Origin: an uncultured Acidimicrobiales bacterium
Lineage (GTDB): Bacteria > Actinomycetota > Acidimicrobiia > Acidimicrobiales > VFJN01
Direction: 5' to 3'
Length of the DNA: 64,000 bases
NCBI GenBank assembly: GCA_963842395.1
Contig: CAWJGJ010000001.1
Span: 2,922,889-2,986,888, forward strand
The first letter of the stretch is position 1. Every line of letters begins with the position of its first letter. This document shows positions 56,546 through 64,000 of the stretch, piece after piece. The notes below the pieces were generated by a model, which searched no databases, was not told where the DNA came from, and worked only from the letters and a program-made list of their open reading frames with translations. A program made the position numbers and the translations under genes.

Positions 56546-57460
56546 TCAGGCGGAGAGGGCCTGTGCGGCGGATGCGATCTTGTCGGCCCCGGCGGTTGTG
56601 AGCTGCTCCACGATGCGCACGAAGCTGGGGTGCCGGAGGCCCGAGACGAGGAAGGTCCAGCGGTAGGCGCGCTGCTGGTGGGTGCGGATCTCGTCCCGCT
56701 CGCCGTCGGTGAAGTTGCGACCCGTGACCCTCTGCAGCGTGTCGATGTCGAGCTCGACCTGCTGGGCGAGGAGCCCGTCGACGGCGCCGCCCAGCTCGAG
56801 CAGCTGGTCGATCGCGTCCTCACGCTGGCCTGCGGTGAGCTCGCCGGCCACCTCGTCGATCAGCAGGCTGTCCGTGCGGGCGTGCCGGGATTCGTCGATC
56901 CAGTGGAACCGCAGGATGTCCCGGAACAGCTCGTCGAGCTCGGTGCGGTCGCGGACGTGCTCGACGTAGTGGAGCTGGGTGAACCACTCGATCATGCTGG
57001 TGAGCAGCAGGGCGGCCAGGGGCGAGACGTCGAGCACGGCGCGGGCCACGTCCTCCCGCCCCGAGACGAGGCCGCACTCCACCCCGAGGCCCGCCTGGAC
57101 CTGCGTCACGGCCCGGCGCAGCATCTCCTGGTGCTTGACCTCCTCCTCGGCGAAGCGCAACAGCGACCACAACCGGGTCTCGTCGCCGAAGACGTCGGCG
57201 AGCGCACGCTCCATCACGAGGGGAACGATGTACTCCTCGACGAAGGCGAAGATGTGGCAGTAGCTGTTGCCGCGGATCTGGTTCAGGACGCGCTTCTCGT
57301 CGTCGCCGAGGCAGCCGATGGGGTCGACGCCGGCGATCCGCTCGGGCAGGAACGGCTTGGTGAAGTCGAAGTCCCGGCCGCGGAAGCAGTCGTCCACGGT
57401 CCAGGCGTTGGTCACCGATCCCCGAAGGGACGCGTCATAGCTGTAGTCCTGGGTCAACAT
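56546..57460 (-). CDS. AurF-like diiron oxygenase (ferritin-like fold)
   Basis: 304-aa ORF. Carboxylate/His ligand pattern FVEEY, EEEVKHQEM, QLHYVEH and IDESRHARTD. Confidence 0.75.
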   Translation of the reverse strand: MLTQDYSYDASLRGSVTNAWTVDDCFRGRDFDFTKPFLPERIAGVDPIGCLGDDEKRVLNQIRGNSYCHIFAFVEEYIVPLVMERALADVFGDETRLWSLLRFAEEEVKHQEMLRRAVTQVQAGLGVECGLVSGREDVARAVLDVSPLAALLLTSMIEWFTQLHYVEHVRDRTELDELFRDILRFHWIDESRHARTDSLLIDEVAGELTAGQREDAIDQLLELGGAVDGLLAQQVELDIDTLQRVTGRNFTDGERDEIRTHQQRAYRWTFLVSGLRHPSFVRIVEQLTTAGADKIASAAQALSA

Positions 57461-57606
57461 CGATCGCTCCTCTGGTTCATCGGGAAGCGGGCGACCGCGA
57501 CCCCGCCCTGCCGGCGGCCGCCACGGCGGCGAGCCTCGCTCGGCGGCCGTTCCTCCCGGCCGAGCACGGCCTGTGGGTCGAGCAGCGACGGGACGAGCTA
57601 CGGGCA

Positions 57607-57876
57607 GTGCTGCTGCGCGCCCTCGACGTCCTCGTCGAAGGCCTGGCCGGTAGCCCCTTCGATCAGGAAGCCCTCCGCTACGCCAGGGAAGCCCTCGCGT
57701 TGGACCCGTACCGCGAGACCAGTCACGTCCAGCTCATGCGCCTGCACATGAGCCGAGGGAATCGAGCGGAGGCGCTCCGGGCGTACGAGCGCTGCCGCGA
57801 CGTCCTCGCCCGGGACCTCGGCGTCACACCCACGCAGCAGACAGAACGCGCCTACCGGGAGATCCTCGGCGCCTGA
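57607..57876 (+). pseudogene. 5'-truncated SARP remnant (BTAD domain only)
   Basis: 89-aa ORF with the BTAD consensus (ALALDPYRETSHVQLMRLHMSRGNRAEALRAYERCRDVLARDLGVTPTQQT). The frame is BTAD-like for about 40 further codons upstream (...RRPFLPAEHGLWVEQRRDELRAV). There is no start codon and no winged-helix domain. Confidence 0.6.
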
Positions 57877-57969
57877 CGCACGCCCTGCGTCACCCGGTCA
57901 CCCACTGGCGATGAGTTCCGCCGGCGAGACCGGTCGCTACCGGCTGAAGCATCCGACGAGGAGGATCCG

Positions 57970-58842
57970 ATGACCGAACCCGTCACACACACCCTGGCGG
58001 TGCCCGGGGCCGTGGTTCGCTACGACGTCCGCGCCAGCGATCCCGCGGGCGGAGAAGTCCTCGTGATGATCGGCTCGCCCATGGGCGCGGCCGGATTCGG
58101 CACGCTGGCGACGCACTTCACCGACCGCACGATCGTGACCTATGACCCGCGGGGCGTCGAGCGCAGCGAGCGGACGGACCCCGACGTCGAGGTCACCCCC
58201 GAGGTGCACGCCGGCGACGTGGGCGCGGTGATCGAGGCGGTCGGCGGCGGCCCGGTCGATCTGTTCGCCAGCAGCGGCGGGGCCGTCAACGCGCTTGCCC
58301 TCGTCGCTGCGCACCCCGGCCTCGTGCGGACCCTCGTCGCCCACGAGCCGCCGACTGCGACCGTGCTGCCGGACGCGACGGAGGCGCTCGCGGCCTGCGA
58401 GGCCGTCCGCGGGACCTACCATCGGCAGGGGTGGGGCCACGGGATGGCGCACTTCGTCGCGCTGGTGTCTCTGCGCGGTCCGGTACCCGCGGACTTCGCA
58501 TCGCAGCCGGCGCCCGATCCTGCGAACTTCGGCATGCCGGCGGAGGACGACGGCGCCCGTGACGACCTGATGCTCGGGTCGAACATCGTCACCGCCACGA
58601 GCTACCGACCCGACGTCAAGGCGTTGACGGCCGCGTCGACGCGGATCGTCCTCGCGGTCGGTGCCGGCTCGGACGGCGAGCTCGCGCACCGCGCGGCCGA
58701 AGCCGTCGCCGAGCTGCTCGGCACGGAGCCGGTGACGTTCCCCGGCGACCACGGTGGGTTCCTCGGCGGCGAGTACGGCCAGACCGGCGAGCCGGAGGCC
58801 TTCGCCGCCAAGTTGCGCGCCGTCCTCGCCGACGACGGCTGA
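57970..58842 (+). CDS. alpha/beta hydrolase
   Basis: 290-aa ORF with GAGGAGGA before ATG 57970. Nucleophile elbow FASSGGA and C-terminal GDHGGF. Confidence 0.85.
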   Translation: MTEPVTHTLAVPGAVVRYDVRASDPAGGEVLVMIGSPMGAAGFGTLATHFTDRTIVTYDPRGVERSERTDPDVEVTPEVHAGDVGAVIEAVGGGPVDLFASSGGAVNALALVAAHPGLVRTLVAHEPPTATVLPDATEALAACEAVRGTYHRQGWGHGMAHFVALVSLRGPVPADFASQPAPDPANFGMPAEDDGARDDLMLGSNIVTATSYRPDVKALTAASTRIVLAVGAGSDGELAHRAAEAVAELLGTEPVTFPGDHGGFLGGEYGQTGEPEAFAAKLRAVLADDG

Positions 58843-58969
58843 CAGCGTCGAGGGCCCACCGATCGGCGCCGACGGCGCGCCCCCCGAGGTGTCGAATCCG
58901 GTGACGGTGCTGCGTCTTCCAGGGTGAGGCCGCCCGACGGCGGCGAGTCCACCCGACCGAGGAGGAGCC

Positions 58970-59410
58970 ATGATCTCGACCCAGACACCGACACCGACCC
59001 TGACGACGTCCGCGAGCCCCACCTGGCAGCGGCGCGCACTCACCGGCCTGTGCTGGCTGCTGGCGCTCAGCTTCGTCGCCGGCGGCGTGGCGAAGTTCGC
59101 CTCCGGCGAGACCTTCGCCGGCGCGCCGTACTCCGAGCAGTTCGCCGACTGGGGCTACCCGTCCTGGTTCCGCTTCGTGGTCGGCGCCGGCGAGATCGTG
59201 GGTGCCGTGCTGCTGCTCCTCCCGCGGCGCCGGTTCCTGGGCGCGGCACTGCTGAGCGTGATCCTGGTCGGCGCGATCCTGACCCACATCGTCAACCAGG
59301 ACCCGCTGGGCGAGGCCGTGATGGCCCCGATCTGCCTCGCCCTGGTCGGCATCGTGGCGTGCGCGAGCCGGCCGGCCGGGTGGCACGAGCTGCTGCCGGC
59401 CCGCTCGTGA
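58970..59410 (+). CDS. DoxX family membrane protein
   Basis: 146-aa ORF with GAGGAGGAG before ATG 58970. Four TM helices with a DoxX-like pattern (GGVAKF...GAGEIVGAVLLLLP). Confidence 0.8.
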   Translation: MISTQTPTPTLTTSASPTWQRRALTGLCWLLALSFVAGGVAKFASGETFAGAPYSEQFADWGYPSWFRFVVGAGEIVGAVLLLLPRRRFLGAALLSVILVGAILTHIVNQDPLGEAVMAPICLALVGIVACASRPAGWHELLPARS

Positions 59411-59415
59411 CGGAC

Positions 59416-59433
59416 GTCGCCGTCAGAGGCGAC
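59416..59433. terminator. candidate bidirectional hairpin between convergent genes
   Basis: GTCGCC-N6-GGCGAC stem-loop, extendable by GGAC/GTCC, in the 37-nt gap between the stops at 59410 (+) and 59448 (-). There is no U-tract. Confidence 0.3.
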
Positions 59434-59447
59434 CGGTCCGAGCCCGG

Positions 59448-60009
59448 TCAGGCCGGCGACGACACCGACACGGCCGTGGCCGGTGCGTGGCGCACGTCGG
59501 ACTCGTCGAAGACCTTCGTCCACGCCGCCAGCTCGAGTGAGAAGTCGTCGGGGTCGCGGAAGTACACGGAGCGGACGAACACGCCGGGGTGCACCTCGCG
59601 ACTCGCCCCCCACTCGCTGTCGTCGTGGTTGAGGATCTGGGTGCACTCGACGCCCGCGGCGACGAGACGCTCCCGGAGCCCCTCGATCTCCTCGGGCGCC
59701 ACGTCGAAGGCGACGTGGTTCATCGACGAGATGGCCGAGATCGTGCCGTCGGGCGGTGGCTTCCGGGCCGGATGGGTGATGCCAGGCACGCCCTCCGGCG
59801 CGTTGGGGAACCAGAAGAACGCCAGCGTGGCGCCGCCGCCGATGTCGAAGAAGAAGTGCTGGCCCCAGCCCGCCGGGAGCTCGACGGTCTTCACCAACGG
59901 GAAAGCCGAGGACGTTGCTGTAGAAGTCGACGGTTCGGGCCATGTCCGAGCAGACGAGCGCCAGGTGGTTCACGCCCCGGATCGATGCGGCGATGGTGGG
60001 TTCGGTCAT
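59448..60009 (-). pseudogene. VOC family (glyoxalase / ring-cleavage dioxygenase-like) protein, reading frame broken at about 59898-59901
   Basis: The N-terminus MTEPTIAASIRGVNHLALVCSDMARTVDFYSNVLGFP is read from ATG 60009. It continues as LVKTVELPAGWGQHFFFDIGGG...MNHVAFDV... one base out of frame to the stop at 59448. The extra base is at CCCG/TTG. Confidence 0.75.
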
Positions 60010-61190
60010 GAGGTCTCCTCCTGGGCGGCGTGCTGCTCCTGGAGCCGCTTCACCAGCTCGCGACCCACGCCCTCGGCGACGAGGTCGCCGTCGAACACGG
60101 TGTGGGCCGCGATCATGTGGACGTCCCGGTGCAGGCGTTGCAACTCGTTGTCGAGGTAGTGCGCCGACGCGCCGCTCGACGCGAGCACCTCGCGGACGAC
60201 GTCACGGCTGCGGTGCACGAGGTGGGCGATCCCGAGGCGCATCTTGAGCTGCGCGAGCAGGTCGAGGCTGGTGGTGCCCTCCGCGTGCGACTGCATCCGT
60301 GCGGCGATCGATCGCAGCTCGCTCTCGATGGCCTCGACCTCCACCGCCAGGTTCGCCAGCCGCACCTGGGTCGGCACCCGGGCGCTCTGGGTCCGCGTGG
60401 TGCCGAACAGGATGCGCTGAGTGAGTCGTTGCTCGAACAGCTCGAGGGCGCGCTGGGCGGCGCCCACGGCGGGCATCGCCGCGGTGATCGACAGCATCGG
60501 CAGGATCGGGATGCGCACCAGGTAGGGCGCGTCGGGACCGGCGGCGAGCCCAGGCGGGAAGGCGAGGGACACCCGCAGCTCGGGCACGGCGACATCGGTG
60601 GCGATGATGTCGCGGCTGCCCGTGGCGGCCATGCCGTCGACGTGCCACGTGTCCTTCACCTCCACCTGGTCCACCGGCACGAGGAAGTTCCGTGACGTCT
60701 GCGTCTCGTCGCCCTCGATCTTCCCGCTGAGCAGGACCCAGTCGGCGTGGCAGATGCCCGTCCCGAACTGCCAGTGGCCGGTGAGCCGGTAGCCGCCGTC
60801 GGCCTGCGGGACGGCCCGGCCCGTCGGGTTCACGCTCCCGGGCGCCAGCACGAAGGGCTGTGCGCGGAAGACCTCGTCCTGCAGCTCGTCGGCGAACAGC
60901 GTAAGGAGCCAGTTGTGCTCCATGTAGAAGGTGGTGATCCAGCCCATCGACGGATCGGCCTTCGCCGTCGCCAGCCCGATGTCGACATAGGTCTGGAAGT
61001 CGATCTCGTAGCCGCCGTAGCGCTCGGCCACGAACGAGCGGAACACCCCGGTGGCTTTCAGCGCCTCGATCACCTGGTCGAGCGGACGGCGCTGGGCCTC
61101 GGCCTCCGGTGCACCCTCGGCGATGAGCGGAGCGAGCGCCCGCACCCGCTCGACGAGCCCGTCCTTGGGCGGACCGCCGTGCACCGTCAT
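60006..61190 (-). CDS. acyl-CoA dehydrogenase-fold flavin-dependent oxygenase/dehydrogenase
   Basis: 394 aa from ATG 61190. ACAD-like three-domain layout, with C-terminal ...ASAHYLDNELQRLHRDVHMIAAHT. Stop overlaps the downstream ATG (ATGA). Confidence 0.8.
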   Translation of the reverse strand: MTVHGGPPKDGLVERVRALAPLIAEGAPEAEAQRRPLDQVIEALKATGVFRSFVAERYGGYEIDFQTYVDIGLATAKADPSMGWITTFYMEHNWLLTLFADELQDEVFRAQPFVLAPGSVNPTGRAVPQADGGYRLTGHWQFGTGICHADWVLLSGKIEGDETQTSRNFLVPVDQVEVKDTWHVDGMAATGSRDIIATDVAVPELRVSLAFPPGLAAGPDAPYLVRIPILPMLSITAAMPAVGAAQRALELFEQRLTQRILFGTTRTQSARVPTQVRLANLAVEVEAIESELRSIAARMQSHAEGTTSLDLLAQLKMRLGIAHLVHRSRDVVREVLASSGASAHYLDNELQRLHRDVHMIAAHTVFDGDLVAEGVGRELVKRLQEQHAAQEETS

Positions 61191-61342
61191 CGCGTCGAGC
61201 CCCCCGGCTCCCCCGAGCACATGGGGGCACCCTAACGACCGAGCCCGGCACTGGCCAGGAGATTGCACACCATCGGACGAATCTCACGTCGAAATGTCCT
61301 GATCCGATGGCCGCTCGGCCTCGTTTGGCATACATTCCGGCC

Positions 61343-62014
61343 ATGCCACGACTTCGTGAGGTCCCCCGGGCCGAGGTGGAATCGCCGATGGTCCTCTCCA
61401 TGTACGACCGCCTCTTCGGCGATCGCGACCCGGTCGCCGAACCGGGCACGAGCACCGGCACGCCAGGTGACTGGTGGACCGTCTTCGCCAACTCGCCCGA
61501 CGTGATGGAGCACGCCTGCCGCGGGTTCGCGCTGTACGCGAGTCCCGATCGCAAGATCGGTGCCGAGCTCCGCGAGCTCGGCCAGACGCGTGCCGGCTGG
61601 CTGGTCGGCAGCCAGTTCGTGTTCTCGCAGCACTGCAAGGCCTGCCGCGCCTACGGCTTCACGGAGGAGAAGATCGAGGCGCTCAAGGCGTGGTCGGTGT
61701 CCGACCTCTTCACGCCGCTCGAGCGCGCCGTGCTCGCCTACACGGATGCGCTGGTGCTCGGGTTCGGCCGCGTGGACGACGCCGTGTTCGACGCGCTGCG
61801 CCAGCACCTCGACGACGAGGCGATCATGGAGCTCACCTACATCACCATGATGTACTCCATGCACGCGGTCATCTCGGTCGCGCTGCGGCTCGAGTTCGAC
61901 GACCGTGACGACCCCATCGTGGAGGTCGCCGCCCCCGAGGAGTACACCCCCGAGAACCTCGGCCGGCAGATCGGCTACGGGATGGACGAGAAGAAGGGCA
62001 AGAAGGACCGTTGA
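61343..62014 (+). CDS. carboxymuconolactone decarboxylase (CMD/AhpD-like) family protein
   Basis: 223 aa from ATG 61343 (ORF track start 61307). AhpD-like helical domain with FVFSQHCKAC. Confidence 0.8.
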   Translation: MPRLREVPRAEVESPMVLSMYDRLFGDRDPVAEPGTSTGTPGDWWTVFANSPDVMEHACRGFALYASPDRKIGAELRELGQTRAGWLVGSQFVFSQHCKACRAYGFTEEKIEALKAWSVSDLFTPLERAVLAYTDALVLGFGRVDDAVFDALRQHLDDEAIMELTYITMMYSMHAVISVALRLEFDDRDDPIVEVAAPEEYTPENLGRQIGYGMDEKKGKKDR

Positions 62015-63222
62015 CGGCGAGCCCCACGAGCGGGCCCCTCAGCGGGGTGCGGGTACTCGAGCTGGGCAGCTTCATCGCGGGCCCGTTCGCGGGTCAGCTC
62101 CTCGGCGACTACGGCGCCGACGTCATCAAGATCGAGGCACCGGGGGACGGTGACCCGATGCGTCGCTGGGGCGTCACGCTCGACGGCGACAGCCTCTGGT
62201 GGCCCGCCATCGGCCGCAACAAGCGCTCGGTCACGCTCGACCTGCGGCACGAGCGCGCTCGTGAGCTGGTGCTGGACCTCGCCGCGCAGTGCGACGTGGT
62301 GCTCGAGAACTTCCGTCCCGGCGTGCTCGAGCGTTGGGGACTCGACTACCCCGCGCTGTCGCGCGTGAACCCGCGGGTGGTCCTCGTGCACATCAGCGGG
62401 TTCGGCCAGACCGGGCCGCTCGCCGGGCAGGCCGGGTTCGGCAGCGTGGGCGAGGCGATGGGCGGCATCCGCCACACCACAGGCAGCCCCGACCGGCCGC
62501 CGTCGCGCGCCGGGATCAGCCTCGGCGACGCGCTGGCGTCGGTGTTCGGTGTCATCGGCACGCTGTCCGCACTCCTGGCCGCGCGCGAGCGCGGCACCGG
62601 TCAGGAGGTCGACGTCGCGATCTACGAGGCGGTCGCCGCCCTGATGGAGTCGACGATGGCGGACTACGAGCTCGGCGGCATGGTGCGCACCCGATCCGGC
62701 AGCGTGCTGCCGGGCGTGGCGCCGTCGAACGTCTACCCGACCGGCGACGGCGCCGAGGTGGTGGTCGCCGCCAACGCCGACGGGGTGTTCGGGCGGCTCT
62801 GCAAGGCGATGGACCGGCCGGAGCTGGCCACCGACGAGCGCTTCGCCACCCACGACGCCCGCGGCACGAACATGGCCGAGCTCGACGAGCTGGTGGGGGC
62901 CTGGACCGCGACGCTGCCCTGCGACGCGGTGCTCGCGGTCCTCGACGAGCACGGCGTGCCCGCCGGGAGGACCTTCACGGCCCCCGACATGCTGCGCGAC
63001 CCGCAGTACCTCGCGCGCGAGATGGTGCAGCGCATCACCTCCTCCCAGGGCTGGGAGGTGCCCATGACCGGCGTGGTCCCGCGGTTCACGGCGACGCCCG
63101 GCTCGATCCGCCACGCCGGGCCGCGGCTGGGCGAGCACACCGACGAGGTGCTCACCGAGCTGCTCGGCCTCGACGCCACCGAGCTCGCCGCGCTGCACGC
63201 CTCCGGGGTGACGGGCCCCTGA
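62011..63222 (+). CDS. CaiB/BaiF family (class III) CoA-transferase
   Basis: 403-aa ORF. N-terminal GVRVLELGSFIAGPFAGQLLGDYGADVIKIE signature. Start overlaps the upstream stop. Confidence 0.9.
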   Translation: MTASPTSGPLSGVRVLELGSFIAGPFAGQLLGDYGADVIKIEAPGDGDPMRRWGVTLDGDSLWWPAIGRNKRSVTLDLRHERARELVLDLAAQCDVVLENFRPGVLERWGLDYPALSRVNPRVVLVHISGFGQTGPLAGQAGFGSVGEAMGGIRHTTGSPDRPPSRAGISLGDALASVFGVIGTLSALLAARERGTGQEVDVAIYEAVAALMESTMADYELGGMVRTRSGSVLPGVAPSNVYPTGDGAEVVVAANADGVFGRLCKAMDRPELATDERFATHDARGTNMAELDELVGAWTATLPCDAVLAVLDEHGVPAGRTFTAPDMLRDPQYLAREMVQRITSSQGWEVPMTGVVPRFTATPGSIRHAGPRLGEHTDEVLTELLGLDATELAALHASGVTGP

Positions 63223-64000
63223 TGGCCGCCGACGAGCCCCGCCCGACCCCCGGGACGCGCCCCGCCCTCGGCCTGCGCGACGTGACGCTGCGCGACGGGC
63301 TCCAGACCGAGGCGCCCGTGGCCACGGCCGACAAGGTGGCGATCTTCGACGCCCTCGTACGCGCCGGCGTGCACGACCTCGAGCTCAACTCGTTCGTCCG
63401 CCCGGACCTGGTGCCGGCGATGGCCGACGCCGCCGAGCTGGCGGCGGCCACCGACCGGGCGGGGGTCGAGCGCTGGGCGCTGGTGCTCAACGAACGGGGC
63501 GCCCAGCGAGCGGTCGCGGCCGGGATGGACCGGCTGCAGCTCGTGGTGAGCGTGTCCGACGCGCACAGCCGCCAGAACGCGGGCCGCGGCACCGAGGCGG
63601 CGCTGGACGATGTGGCGACGATCATGAGCGGGCTCCCGGCCGGCGTGCGCGTGGAGGTCACGCTGGCCACGGCCTTCGGGTGTCCCTACACGGGGCCGGT
63701 GCCCGCCGGCTCGGTGCTCGCCGCCGCCGAACGCAGCGTGCAGGCGGGGGCGTCCGGGCTCTCGCTGGCCGACACCATCGGCACGGCGACCCCGGCCGAG
63801 GTGCGCGACCTGGTCGTCGCTACCCGTCGGCTGGCCGGCGAGCTGCCCGTGGGCGTGCACCTCCACGACACCCGCGGCCTCGGTGTCGCCAACGCCCTCG
63901 CCGCCGTCGAGGCGGGTGTCGACCGCATCGACGGCACCGTCGGTGGGCTCGGCGGCTGCCCGTTCGCGCCGGGCGCGAGCGGCAACCTCGCCCTCGAGGA
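63222..64000 (+). CDS. hydroxymethylglutaryl-CoA lyase family protein (3' end outside window)
   Basis: ATG 63222 overlaps the upstream TGA (TGATG). Reads MAADEP...VTLRDGLQTEAP...VGVHLHDTRGLGVANALAAVEAGVDRIDGTVGGLGGCPFAPGASGN. The frame is open to the window end. Confidence 0.85.
   Translation, partial: MAADEPRPTPGTRPALGLRDVTLRDGLQTEAPVATADKVAIFDALVRAGVHDLELNSFVRPDLVPAMADAAELAAATDRAGVERWALVLNERGAQRAVAAGMDRLQLVVSVSDAHSRQNAGRGTEAALDDVATIMSGLPAGVRVEVTLATAFGCPYTGPVPAGSVLAAAERSVQAGASGLSLADTIGTATPAEVRDLVVATRRLAGELPVGVHLHDTRGLGVANALAAVEAGVDRIDGTVGGLGGCPFAPGASGNLALE

Overview
Very GC-rich, actinobacterial-type chromosomal segment (GC content judged by eye, not computed). I support about 65 protein-coding genes. 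I found no rRNA, tRNA, CRISPR array, IS element, integrase or relaxase. Bases 1-23.4 kb hold housekeeping and miscellaneous genes: small hydrolases and oxidoreductases, a LigD polymerase domain, a P450-ferredoxin pair, an ECF-type sigma factor, ilvA, metG, a GntR regulator with a TauE exporter, a cyclophilin, lysC-asd, a PCMT-like methyltransferase, an EEP nuclease/phosphatase and a DCC protein. The centre, 23.5-46.5 kb, is the main result. It is one unbroken minus-strand train of 21 genes. The first half is a complete Tad/Flp (type IVc) pilus module: CpaB, TadZ-like, CpaF, TadB, TadC, Flp, two TadE and a TadG-like protein. This runs through a LysM membrane protein and a SARP-type regulator directly into a Gram-positive-type T4SS module: TcpC/VirB8-like, two small membrane proteins, VirB4, a VirB6-like protein, an SLT+M15 wall hydrolase and a VirD4 coupling protein. 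No relaxase, integrase or replication gene is visible in the window. The matching prepilin peptidase sits about 5 kb away, next to a sigma-like HTH gene and a secreted DUF1524/HNH nuclease. Bases 47-64 kb hold metabolic and regulatory genes: flavoprotein, PhyH, APH, YcaQ/AlkZ, ArsR-CDF, an AurF-like diiron oxygenase, and an ACAD/CMD/CoA-transferase/HMG-CoA-lyase group. Other notable sequence features are a perfect 92-bp tandem duplication filling the tadZ-cpaF spacer, several in-frame 33-nt tandem repeats in secretion proteins, and 40-bp direct repeats bracketing the ycaQ-like gene. At least six reading frames, including essential metG and cpaF, are broken by single-base indels, some at short G/C runs. 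I read these as probable sequencing or assembly errors rather than true decay. Most long ORFs in the supplied track that lie antisense to, or out of frame with, the genes listed are high-GC shadow ORFs and were not called.
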